A DNA stretch of 64,000 nt from assembly GCF_009914755.1 (NCBI RefSeq), contig NC_060938.1. One strand, 5' to 3'. The position numbers were made by a program, and so were the translations under genes. Numbering within the stretch: the first letter of the stretch is position 1; every line of letters begins with the position of its first letter. The stretch comes from the human T2T-CHM13v2.0 reference genome, Homo sapiens. The notes beneath the pieces were generated by a model that had not been told where the DNA came from, made no database searches, and saw only the letters and a program-made list of their open reading frames with translations. Of this stretch, positions 36,174 to 57,385 are shown one piece after another.

Positions 36174-36685
36174 AAAAATTATTTTCTTATTTGTATTCTG
36201 TGTCTCAAAGTAACTATGACTTTTTAAGATAATAATTTTTTATTTCTTGCATGAATAACATTGCAGTAGTGACAGATTAAAACACTTAAAAATCTTACCT
36301 CACACCAAATCAATAGTTTTGGTTCACTTTTCTATGTTCATTTCTGTACTGGACTATATCTATATATAATTTTATGCAATTGAGGCCACTGCATAGATAT
36401 AATTTTATATGCTTTTTTTTCCTTCAGAGAGGAAAAAAATTTGACATTTACGTAGGATCTACTAGGGTAGGGCACTATTTTAGACTCATTAATATACTTT
36501 ATATCTTTTATTTCTCAGAAAGGTATATATATTATTATTCTCTTGTTTATGTAGAGAGATTAAATAACTTTCTGAGATCACATTGAAAGGCAATGCGGCC
36601 AATAATCAAAGGGATTCAAACTTGTATTTTTTTTCATTATACAATGCTGCCTCATTTAATTTTTTCCCTATACTTTACTACAAAG

Positions 36686-36997
36686 TTTTTTTGTTTTGTT
36701 TTTTGTTTGTTTGTTTTAGATAGAGTTGCTCTGTCACCCAGGCTGGAGTATAGTGGTGCAATCTAAGCTCACTGCAGCCTCCGTCTCCTGGGTTCAAGCG
36801 ATTCTTGTGTCTCAGCCTCCCAAGCAGTTGGGACTACAGGCGCATGCTACCACGCCTGGCTAATTTTTTGTGTTTTTAGTATAGAAGGGGTTTCACCATG
36901 TTGGCCAGGCTGGTCTCGAATTCCTGGCCTCAAGTGATCTGCATGCCTCGGCCTCCCAAAGTGCTGGGATTACAGGCGTGAGCTACCATGCCCTGCC
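36686..36997 (-). mobile_element. AluS
   Basis: TSD TACTACAAAGTTTT. Confidence 0.92.
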
Positions 36998-37483
36998 TAC
37001 TACAAAGTTTTAATTTTAATAGCCTCTTAAAATTTAATTAGATTGTAAGCTCCCTGATTAGGTCTCATTTCTATCCTCAGCACTCAATAGATGTTCAATA
37101 AATATTTATTCAATAATGCAAACCTCTATTCACTCAATTCATTCTCCTTTCCCTATTCCTTGGGATGAAAAGCTCAGGGACACTGAGACCTATATCATAT
37201 ATTTTATCCCTTATATTTATTTGGCTTCTTTTCATTTAGTCCTCATAACAGCTCAGTAGGATATGTACTATTATCACCCCCATCCATTTTACATATAAGC
37301 AAACCACAGCACTGGAAATAAACTTGAGGGTTGGGGACTCCAAAGTCCAAACTTTTAATTATTACACTATTTTATTCTACATAGATTTATTATTCAAAGT
37401 TGCAAGTAAATCATATGTTTATATGCCATATGTAACTTCAATTCACCCAAACAGCTTGTTTTACATAGGAATTATGTCATGAA

Positions 37484-37809
<326 letters not shown>

Positions 37810-38317
37810 TAATACCTCCCAAATTTATTTAGCTGACTCCAGATTTTCTTAGACATTAAATTTTCTTACAGTAATAGCCATGAGTTTTTAAAATTGAGGA
37901 AATATTGAGTACCTACTGTGTGCCAGATATTTGGGATAGAATGGTGGGTAAATTGTACATAGTTTTTAACCTCTTGGAACTTATAGTCTAGTGTTGTGTG
38001 TTATGTCTAGGCTTCGAGAATCCTTATCTTATCATCTGCGCATTTTCTTTATGCTCCTATAGCATCCTGCCTTTATTATATACTTTAAAATTTATTTTAT
38101 TATTTTTAAATGTATCCCTTGAGTCATACTTTATTATATTAAGATATAATAAAAGTATAAAAATATACTAAAATATGCATCTGTCCATCATACAGTTGTA
38201 AATAGGATATTACCCATAGAATATTTCCAATGAAACCCTCTCCCCAGTTGTATTCAATTCCCTTTCCTATAGAAAGGAAAGCATTATTCTGATGATAGCC
38301 ATTAGCTATTATGGTAA

Positions 38318-38674
<357 letters not shown>

Positions 38675-38699
38675 CATATTTTCTTTAATGATAATTTAA

Positions 38700-44838
<6,139 letters not shown>

Positions 44839-45011
44839 TAACTTTTAATTCACAAGAACTTTTGGGTTACAAAGCACCTCAAATTTCTATAGTGACTCAG
44901 TGTTTCTGGAGTATTTTGAGATCTACTTATTTGTCCAATTTAGTTCTACTCTTGATGACGGATATTGTTCTTAATGATGACCATAATTTCCGTATTTAGG
45001 TTCCTGTAAGT

Positions 45012-45076
45012 CAGTAGTTCTCAACCTTGGCTGCATATTAGACTCACCTGTCGTAGTTATACAAAATAGAGATGCT
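45012..45076. mobile_element. MER5 left piece (right piece at about 54839-54882), split by the full-length L1
   Basis: CAGTAGTTCTCAACCTTGGCTGCATATTAGACTCACCTG; continues GAATCAGAAACTGAGGG after the 3' TSD. Confidence 0.65.
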
Positions 45077-46793
45077 GAGGAGGAGGCAGAGCAAAATGGC
45101 CAAATAGCAGCCTCCACCAACTGTCCTCCCCACAAGAACGCCAAATTGAAGAACTATCCACACAAAAAAACACCTTCATAAGAACAAAAAATCAGGTGAA
45201 TGATCACAGTACCTGTTTTTCACTTCATATCACTGAAAGAGACATTGAAGATAATGGAAAAGATACTCTTGAATTGCCAATGCCCATCCCTTGGAAGCAG
45301 CCATGTGGCACGAAGAGAGAATTTGTGTACTTGGGGGAGCACAGTGATTGTGGGACTTTGCATTGGAACTCAGTGCTGCCCTGTCACAGCAGAAAGCAAC
45401 ACCAGGCAGAACTCAACCGGCACTCATGGAGGGAGCATTTAGACAATCCATAGCCAGAGAGGAATTATACATCCCAGCAGTCAGAACCTGAATTCCAGAA
45501 AGCCTCGCCATTGTGGGCTAAAGTGCTCTGGGGCTCTAAATAAATTTGAAAGGCAGCCTAGGCCAGAGGGACTGCAATTCCTAGCAAGTCCTAGTGCTGT
45601 ACTGGGCTAGAAACCAGTGGACTTGGGGTGCATATGATCTAATGAGACGCCAGCAAGGGTGCCCAAGGGAGTGTTTGCGCCACTCCTCCCCCAACCCAAC
45701 GCAGCACATCTTGCAGCTCTGGGAGAGACTTCTTCCCTTTGCCGGAGGAGAGGAGAGTAAAGAGTAAAGAGGATTTTGTCTTGCAACTTGGATACCAGCT
45801 CAGTCCCAGTAGGGTAGGGAACCAGTCAGAGTCCTGAGGCCCCCGTTACAGGCCCTAGCTCCTGGATGACATTTCTACACACACCTTGGGCCAGAAGGGA
45901 AATTGCTGCCTTGAAGGGACAAATCCAGTTGTGGCAGGGTTCATCACTTCCTGAATAAAGAGCTATTGGGCCCTGAATAATCAGCAGTGGTATCCAGGCA
46001 ATACTCACCATGGGCCTTGGGAGAGACTCAGAGACAACATACTGATTTCAGGTGTGACCCATCACCTTCTCAGCTGTTGGCTATGGGGAGAGACTTCTTC
46101 CACTTGAGAATAAGAGAGGGAAGAGTAATGGGGACTGTGTCTTGCAGCTTGGGTACCAGCTCAGCCACTGTGGGGTAGAGCACCAAGTGGACTCTTGGTT
46201 TCCCCAATTCCAGGACTTGGCTCTTGGATGGCATTTCTGGACCTGCCCTGGGCCACAGAGGAGCCCACTTCCCTGAAGGGACAGTCCTGGGCCTGGCAGC
46301 ATTCACCACAAGCTAACTGAAGAGCCCTTGGGCCTTGAATGAACATCAATGGTAGCCAGGATGTACTCACCATAGGCCTCAGGTGGTGGTGGCTATACAG
46401 AGAGACTCTTCTGTTTGGGGAAAAGGGGAGGGAAGAGGGGAAAGAGTTTGTCTTGTGGCTTGGGTGCCAGCACAGCCATAGCAGAATAGAGCACCAAGTA
46501 GATTCCTAAGGTTGTCAACTCTAGGCCCTGGCTTTCAGATATATCTCTGGAACCACTTGGGACCAGGGGAACTCATTGCCCTGAAGGGAAAGACTGAAAC
46601 CTGGCAGGCTTTGCTCCCTGCTGACTGGAGAGCTCTAGGGCCTTGAGTGAACATAGGTGGTAGCCAAGTAGTGGTAACTGAAGACCTTGGGTGTGACCCA
46701 GTGCTATGCTGTCTTCAGGTCTGACCCAGCAGAGTTTCAGTGGTAGTGGCCACAGGAGTGCTTGTGTCACTGCTACCCCAGCTCCAGGAAGCT

Positions 46794-46796
<3 letters not shown>

Positions 46797-46842
<46 letters not shown>
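46797..46842. repeat. (CA)23 microsatellite
   Basis: Direct reading. Confidence 0.95.
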
Positions 46843-46845
<3 letters not shown>

Positions 46846-47426
46846 TTTGTTTGGGAGAAAGTAAGGGAAGAGAACAAGAGTCTCTGCTTGGTAATCCAGA
46901 GAATTTTTCTGGCTCTTATCAAGAACACCAAGGCAATACCTCCATGAGTCTGCAAGATCCACAGTGTTACTGGGCTTGGGGTGCCCCCATTTCATGAAAT
47001 TACAGCTGCAATGACCAAAAACTTAGATCCAATACCCAAGTCCTTTCAAATATCTGGAAAGCCTTCCCAAGAAGGACAGGCACAAACATGCCCAGACAGT
47101 GATGGCTATAATAAATACCTAACTTTTCAATGCCCACACACTGATGAACATCTATAAACATCAAGACCATCCAGGAAAACATGACCTCACCAAATAAACT
47201 AAGGCACTAGTGACAAATCCCAGAGAGACAGAGATATGTGACCTTTCTGACAGAGAATTCAAAATAGCTGTGTTGAAGAAACTTGACCAAATTCAAGATA
47301 ACACAGAGAAGAAATTCAGAATCTTATCAGATAAATTTAACAAAGCAATTGAAATAATTAAAAAGAATCAAGCAGAAATTGTGGAGCTGAAAAATGCAAT
47401 TGCCATACTGAAGAATGCATCAGAGT

Positions 47427-47876
<450 letters not shown>

Positions 47877-48399
47877 TAGAAAATAGCCCCTAAAGGGCAA
47901 ATCTGAGTTATTGGCCTTAAAGAGGAAGTATAAAGAGGGTCAGGGTAGAAAGTTTATTCAAAGGGATAATAACTGGTAACTAACTTCCCAAACCTAGAGA
48001 CAGATATCAATATTCGAATACAAAAAGGTTGTAGAACACCACACAGATACAACCCAAAGAAGACTATATTAAGGCATTGAGTCATTAGACACCCAAAGTC
48101 AAGAATTAAGAAAGGATACTAAAAGCAGCAAGAGGAAACAAAAAAAAATAACATACAATGCAGCTCCAATACATCCGGAAGCTGACTTCTCAGTAGAAAT
48201 CTTACAGGACAGGAGAGAGTGGTATGACATATTAAAAGTGCTGAAGGAAAAAAAATCTTTATCCTAGAATAGTATATCCATCCAGTGAAAATATCCTTCA
48301 AACATGGAGGAGAAATAGGGACTTTCCCAGACAAACAAAGCTGAGAGATTTTATCAATACCAGGCCTGTCCTACAAGAAATGCTAAAGGGAATTTTTCA

Positions 48400-49012
<613 letters not shown>

Positions 49013-50373
49013 AGGGATTCTTCAATCTTAAAGAAAAGGATATTAATGAGTAATAAGAAATCATCTGACGGTACAAAACTCACTGGTGATAGTAAGTAGA
49101 CAGAAAAACACAGAAGATTATAACACCGTAATTGTGGTATGTAAACTACTCATATCTTGAGTAGAAAGACTAAAAGATGAGCTTATCAAAAATAATAATT
49201 ACAACAATTTTTCAAGATATAGACAGTATAATAAGATATAAATAGAAACAACAAAAAGTTAAAGAGCAGGGAAAAAAATGTCAAGTGTAGAGTTTTTATT
49301 AGTTTTCTCTTTGCTTGTCAGTTTGTTTATGTAATCAGTGTTAAGTTGTCATCAGTTTTAAATAATGAGTTATAAGATAGTATTTGCAAGCCTCATGGTA
49401 ACCTGAAATAAAAAAACATACAACAGAGACACAAAAAATAAAAGCAAGTAATTAAAACATACCACCAGAGAAAATCACTGTAACTGAAAGGAATACAGGA
49501 AAGAAAGAAAGACAGAAGGAAGAGAAGACCATAAGACAACCACAAGACAAAAAACAAGGTGGAAGGAGTAAGTCCTTACATATCATAATAACATTGAATG
49601 TAAATGTACTCCAGTCAAAAGATAGAGTTGCTAAATGGATAAAAAACAAGACCCAACGATCTGCTGCCCACATGAAACACACTTCACCTGTAAAGACATA
49701 CAGAGATTGAAAATAAAGGAATGAAAAAATATATTCCATGAAAATACAGGAAGGTTACAGAATGGAAAACAAAAACAAACAAACAAAAAAAACAAAACAG
49801 CAGGAGTAGCTATACTTATATCAGACAAAATATATTTCAAGACAAAAAACTATAATAAAAAATGTCATTATATAATGATAAAGGGGTCAATTCAGCAAGA
49901 AGATATAATTGTAAATACATATGCATTTAACACTGGAGCACCCAGACATATAAAGCAAATATTATTCAACCTAGAGAGAGAGACCCAACACAATAATACC
50001 TGGAGACCCCCCAACTTTCAGCATTGGAAAGATCACCCAGACAAAAAAATCAATAAGGAAACATTAGTCTTAATCTGCACTATAAACCAAATGGACCTAA
50101 TAGATATTTACAGAACATTTCTTCCAATGGGTACAGAATACTTTCTTCTCTTTAGCAGATGGATCATTCTCACAGACTATATGTTAGGCCACAAAACAAG
50201 TCTTAAAAAAATTCAAAAAAATTAAAATTACATCAAGTATCTTCTCTGACCAAAATGGAATAAAACTAGAAATCAATAACAAGAGGAATTTTGGAAATGA
50301 TACAAACACATGAAATTAAACAACATGCTCCTAAATGACCAGTGGGTCAATGAGAAATGAAGAAGAAAATTTA

Positions 50374-50772
<399 letters not shown>

Positions 50773-51285
50773 CAAGACCCGTGGGACACAGCAAAGGCAC
50801 TAAGAGGGAAATTTGTAGCTATAAGTGCCTAAATTTTAAAAAGTAGAAACACTTCAAATAAACAACCTAACAATGCATCTTAAATAACTAGAAAAGCAGA
50901 AGCAAACCATACCCAAAATTAGCAGAAGTAAAGACCAGAATGCCAATAAATGAAATTGAAATGGAGAAAATAATAGAAAAGTCAACAAAGTAAAAAGCTG
51001 ATTTTTTGAAAAGATAAACAAAATTGACAAACCTTTAGCTAGACTAAGAAAAAAGGAGTAGACTCAAATTAATACCAGAGATGAAAAAGGAGACATTACA
51101 GCTGATGCTGCAGAAATTCAAAGGATCATTAGTGGCTACTATGAGCAATCAAACAGGAAAATGTAGAAGAAATGGATAAATTTCTAGACACATAAAACCT
51201 ACCAAGATTGAACCATGAAGAAATCTAAATCCTTAACAGGCCAATGAGAAATAACGAGCTTGAAACCATAATACGAAGTCTCCCA

Positions 51286-51587
51286 GGCTGGGCATGGTGG
51301 CTCATGCCTGTACTCCTAGCACTTTGGGAGGCCAATGTGGGCGGATCACCTGAGGTCAGGAATTTGAGACCAGCCTGGCCAACATGACAAAAACCCATCT
51401 CTACTAAAAATACAAAAATTAGCTGGGCGTGGTGGTGGGCACCTATAATCCCAGCTACTCAGGAGGCTGAGGCAGGAGAATTGCTTGAACCCAGGAGGTG
51501 GATGTTACAGTGAGCCAAGATAGTGCCACTATACTTCATCCTGGACAACAGAGTGAGACTCTGTCTCAAAAAAAAAAAAAAAAAAAA
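51286..51587 (+). mobile_element. AluS
   Basis: TSD AAGTCTC(C/T)CA. Confidence 0.92.
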
Positions 51588-52314
51588 GTCTCTCAGTTCC
51601 TCCCCTCTTCTTTTCTCCCCTTCCTCTCCTAAAAAAAAAAAAAAAAAGGAAAAAGAAAAAGTCTCCCTGCAAAGAAAACCCCAGGACCCGATGGCTTCAC
51701 TGCTGAATTTTACCAAACATTTAGAGAAGAACTAATACCAATCCTACTCAAACTATTCTGAAAATAGAGGAGGAGGAAATACTTCCAAATTAATTCTACA
51801 AGGTAAGTATTACCTTGATACCCAAACCGGACAAGGGCACAGCAAAAAGGAAAACTACAGGCCAATATCCCTGATGAACACTGGTGCAAAAATCCTTAAC
51901 AAAATACTAGCAAACTGAATTCAACAATACATTAAAAAGATCATTCATCATAACCATGAGGGATTTATTCCAGGGATGCAAGGATGGTTCAACATAACAC
52001 AAATCAATCAGTGGGATCCATCATATCAACAGAGTGAAGGACAAAAACCATATGATCATTTCAGTTGATGCTGAAAAAGCATTTGATAAAATTCAGTATC
52101 CCTTCATGATAAAAACCCTCAAAAAGCTGGATATAAAAAGAATATACCTCAACATAATAAAAGTCGTATGTGAACAGACCCACAGTTGCCATCATATTGA
52201 ATGGGGAGAAACTGAAATACTTTCCTCTAAGATCTAGAACACAAGGATGCCTACTTTCATCAACATAGTACTAGAAGTCCTAGTTACAGCAATCAGACAA
52301 GAAAAGAAATAAAG

Positions 52315-52650
52315 GGCCAGGCACAGCCATTACTGGCTCACACCTGTAATACCAGCACTTTGGGAGGCCAAGGTGGGTGGATCACTTGTACCCAGGAGTT
52401 TGAGACCAGCCTAGACAACATAGTGAGATCCCCATTTCTACAAAATATTAGCCAGGTGTGATGGCACATACCTGTAGTCCCACCTACTTGGGAGGCTGAG
52501 GTGGGAGGATGAATTGAACCTGGGAGGTCAAGGCTGCAGTAAATTATGAACATGCCAAAGCACTCCAGCCTGGGTGGCAGAGTGAGACCCTGCCTCAAAT
52601 AAAATAAAATAAAATAAATAAAATAAAATAAAATAAAATAAAATAAAAAA
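52315..52650 (+). mobile_element. AluJ with an (AAAAT)n tail
   Basis: Consensus match. Confidence 0.9.
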
Positions 52651-55600
52651 ATAAGTAAAGGGCATCCAAATTGGAAAGGAAGAAGTCAAATTATCCTTGT
52701 TTGCAGATAATATAATCTTACATCTGGAAAGACTTAAAGACACCACCAAAAAAGTATTAGAACTGATAAACAAATTCAGTAAAGCTGCAGGATACAAAAT
52801 CAACATACAAAAATGAGTAATATTTTTATATGCCAACAGTGAAAAATCTGAAATAGAAATCAACAAAACAATCCCATGTACAATAGCTACAAATAAAATA
52901 TCTAGAAATTAACCAAAGATGTGAAAGATCCTACAATGAAAACTAAAACATTGATGCAAGAAATTAAAGAGGATATAAAAGATGGAAAGATATTCCATGT
53001 TCCTGAATTGCAAGAATCAATATTGTTAAAATGTCCATACTACCCAAAGCAATCTACAGATTCAATGCAATCCCTGTCAAAATACTAGTGACGTTCTTCA
53101 CAGAGATAGAAAAAACAATCCTAAAATTTATATGGAACCACAAAAGATCCAGAATAGCCAAAGCTATCCCAAGGAAGTAGAACAAAACTGGAGAAATCAC
53201 ATTACCTGACTTTAAACTATACTACAGAGCTATAGTAATATAGTAGTATAGTTTTTAAACCATTAGAGTATACGGCATGGTACTGGCATAAAAGCACAGA
53301 TCACCGGAACAAATAGGAAACCCAGAAACAAATCCACACACCTACAGTAAACTCATTTTCGACAAAGGTGCCAAGAACATATATTGAAGAAAGGACAGTC
53401 TCCTCAATAAATGGTGCTGGGAAAACTGGATATCCACATGGAGAAAAATGAAACTAGACCTCTATTTCTTGTTATATACAAAAATCAAATCAAAATGGAT
53501 TAAAGACTTAAATCTAAGACCTCAAACTATGAAACTACTGAAATAAAACATTGGGGAAACTCTCCAGGACGTTGGACTGGGCAAAGATTCTTGAGTAATA
53601 CCCCAAGGACAGGCAACCAAAGCAAAAATGGACAAATGGGATCACATCAAGTTAAAAAGCTTCTTCTGCACAGCAAAGGAAACAATCAACAAAGTGAAGA
53701 GAAAACCTACAGAATGGGAGAAAATATTTGCAAACTCTCCCTCTGACAAGGGATAAATAACCAGAATATAAAGGAGCTCAAACAACTTTATAGGGCAAAA
53801 AAAAAAAAAAAAAAAAAAAAGCCCTAATAATCCAATTTAAAAATAGCCAAAAGATCAGAATAGACATTTCTCAAAAGAAGACACACAAATGGCAAACAGG
53901 TATATGAAAAGGTGCACAACATCACTGATCATCAGAGAAATGCAAATCAAAACTACAGTGAGATATCATCTCACTCCAGTTAAAATGGCTTTTATCCAAA
54001 AGACAGGCAATAACAAATGCTGGTGAGAATGTGGAGAAAAGGGAACCCTCGTACACTGTTGTTGGGAATATAAGTTAGTATAACCACATGGAGAACAGTT
54101 TGGAGGTTCCTCAAAAAACTAAAAACAGAACTACCATATGATCCAGCAATCCCATTGCTAGATATATACCCCAAAGAAAGGAAATCAGTATACTGAAGAG
54201 ACACCTACACTCCCATGTTTATTGCAACACTATTCACAATAGCCAACATTTGGAAGCAACTTAAGCGTCCTTTAGCAGATGAATGGATAAAGAAATATGG
54301 TTCATATACACAAGGGAGTACTATTCAGCCATAAAAAGAATGAGATCCTTTCATTTGCAACAACATGGATGGAACTGATAGACGTTATGCTAAGTGAAAT
54401 AAACCAAGCACAGAAAGACAAACTTCGCATGTTCTCACTCATTTGTGGGAGGTAGTGAGTAGAATGATGGTTACCAGAGGCTGGGACGGGTAGAAAGGAG
54501 TGGGAAGCAAGTTGAGATGGTTAATGCGTACAAAAATATATTTTTGTACATATATTCATATGTACATACTCCAATACCAAATACCAAATACTCCCATAAG
54601 AGCTAGTATTTGATAATACAACAGGGTGACTACAGTCAACAATAATTTATTGTACATTTAAAAATAACTAAAATAGTATAATTGGATTGTTTGTAAAACA
54701 AAGAAAGCATAAATGTTCAGGGGATGGATACCCCATTTATCCTGATGTGTATGTCTGTATCAAAATATCTCATGAGCCCCCTAAATATTTATACCTACTA
54801 TATACCCACAAAAATAAAAATAAAAAAATAGAGATGCTCATAACTCTTCTCAGACTTGGGGAATCAGAAACTGAGGGTGAGTAGCAAAAGGAAAAAACTA
54901 GCAACTAGATCTCTAGAGTTCAATTATCAAGGATAATATATATTTTTGACATTGAGTAAACCATTATGGATGGCATTATAGTAAAGTGTAAGCATAGATC
55001 CATCTTGAATAATGAAATTAAAATTTACTTATAGGAATTCTAATATTTTTATTTTTATGTATTTTTCCTCAATAAAGGCAGACCATGCTATTTAAAGAAA
55101 TGATAGACTTTGACAACAGGAAGGTACACACCTGATTAGTTTTTCTAATTACGTGCTTATTACATATACATATATGTATCTCTAGTTCTATCCATTTATA
55201 TACATAATTAGGAACATGTTTTTTCTAAAAATAGAATATTTAATGTAATGTTTAATTTTTCATTATTACACCTTAATAGGAAAAAATGGAATACTAAAAT
55301 TTATCTTTAAATATATAGTTTCATGGTCAGTAGTATTAAGACAATACTGTTTATTTATTTAGGGCTCATAACCTTAGGATTTTTAACTTTCAGGAAATAC
55401 CAGCCTAAAGTAAATTATTAATTCAAGGATGCTAGATAAAGACTCTTCATGAAAAAGAAACGCTATACCCTGCTGTGTTGCAGGCTCTCAAACTGTCCCT
55501 CAAAACGTTCCTAATACTGCTCACTGCACTAATTTTTTTTTCCTTTGTCGTCTCCCTTTCTATAGTCAGAAGCTATCTAGTCCCTCCCTCTTTAGTCTCC

Positions 55601-57269
55601 AGGGAAAAGGTGTTAGCTCATTTACTTGTCATTATTGAGCTTCTTTCTTTCCCACAAAAGCCAGTCTATTTATCATTCTTCTTTTTAGGCTTGGACAAAA
55701 AAGAGAAAACTTTATACTTTTTTTTAAGCAGAGGCACATTAATATTAAATCCCTTAAGCAGGAATTTCAAGGAGAATGTCTCAGAACAACATTTAAACCA
55801 ACATCATAAATGCTTCCTCCTTTTAATAAAAGAAACTCTCTGAAATAATGCTGTCCTCAAGAGGGTCATCTGATAGTTTTGGTACTATCTTCTCATTTCT
55901 ACTATCTTTCTACAATTGTTGTTGTGAAAAGTATTAGAGAAATAGATAGATGCTCTACACAAAATCTTCACAATATGGTCAACTTCCTTTCCCCCTCAAG
56001 CCCACCTTTCATGCATGCACACATCTATGCTTTGTTTTTAACTTCTTATATTCAATTTTTATTCTTGTTATTGAATGAAGCTCTGATTGGTTTACTATAT
56101 GACAAATATTCTTTGCATTTTAAGAATCTCAGGTAGCTCTCTATCTTTTTTCACATTGGTTAGAGAGGCAGGGATCAAAGTACAAAACTGGGACAGTCAC
56201 TGCTTATGTTTGTGCTTTATCTCATTAAGTGCTGATCACCAGGAAGGCAAACAGCCTGTCACGAAATTTGCCTTGCAAAGAATATAATAAAGAAATCTTA
56301 TGAAAAGAGGCTGAACAGAAGGTATGTTTAATCTGTTGTAATGTTGGTTAGCCCCAGTTTCAGACCAAGAGTGATGATACTTGGAAAAAAAATTGGGAGT
56401 CTGCCTGCGGGCAACATTTACCCCGATGTAGAGATTGCTACAGAAACCTAACTGTGGGAAGTTTTCAACACATAAGTAAGGATTTATTAAAGGAATTAAT
56501 ATCTTTGAAGGCTCAGAAAGCAATCCTATTTTCCTACAAGATGGATGAAAGGCAGAGATTTCAAAACATTTGCTAGAAAACATCAATAGCCAATCCTGCT
56601 GATTTAATTTTTTCAATCCCTCAGGCATCAAAAGAAGTTGTGACTTGTCTACATTGCCTCGAAAGCAAAGCAATATTGTAAATTAAAAATGACTGGAGCT
56701 TAGCTGGCTGCATTTCATTTTTAATTAGTTGAATTTTCAAATATTTATCAACATTTCTTAAGCTCAGAAGCTAAAGAACTTCCCCTCACATTTTTTTTCT
56801 GAAGAAGGTTGGTGATATTCACTTACACGTCAAGGAAAAAGTCGTTAGATTTAGCTGGCTATCACAAATACTAGAAGAAATGGTATTTAGTCATCTCCAT
56901 TTCTCTTCTTTTTTATTCTTGAGCAAGCAGAGACTTCCTATTCTTTTTAACCAGTTGGGAACTCACAAAACATAAACTCAGAGATTGATGGTAAAAATGA
57001 AAACAGATTCTGACAACATGTTACATCCCAATCACAAAAGTGTAACAAAGGCAAAAAATTTAATCCTCATTAGTGTAGTAGTGAGAAACAAAAAACCAAA
57101 TTTTTTTTTTTTAAAGCAGCTGATTTTGCTTTAGGCATTTCGTCGAGGTGTGTGGTTAATTCATAAGCGGCAGGGGCAAGGTAGCCCCAGATTTTGGAAT
57201 TGGTTTGCCTCTGAGAATAAAAATTAAAATGAAAAGAATAAAAATGTAATAGATGAGGCTAATCATCTA

Positions 57270-57385
57270 TTCAAAAATATATATTTTATTGACTACTCTT
57301 TTATGTCAGGTACTATTTTAAGCACTTGGGATAAAGTGGTGAACCAGAAGTCAAGGTCCCTGACATCATGAAGCTTATATTCATT
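57270..57385 (-). mobile_element. L2 3' fragment
   Basis: TTTATTGACTACTC...GTCAGGTACTAT...GGTCCCTGACATCATGAAGCTTATATTC. Confidence 0.55.

Noticed and set aside
53788-53830. TAGGGC-A24-GCCCTA hairpin
   Set aside because: A 6-bp stem around an expanded L1 A-run is compatible with chance.
55475-56673. 122-aa and 145-aa ORFs in unique DNA
   Set aside because: Non-ATG starts, no recognisable domain, and composition typical of random AT-rich ORFs.
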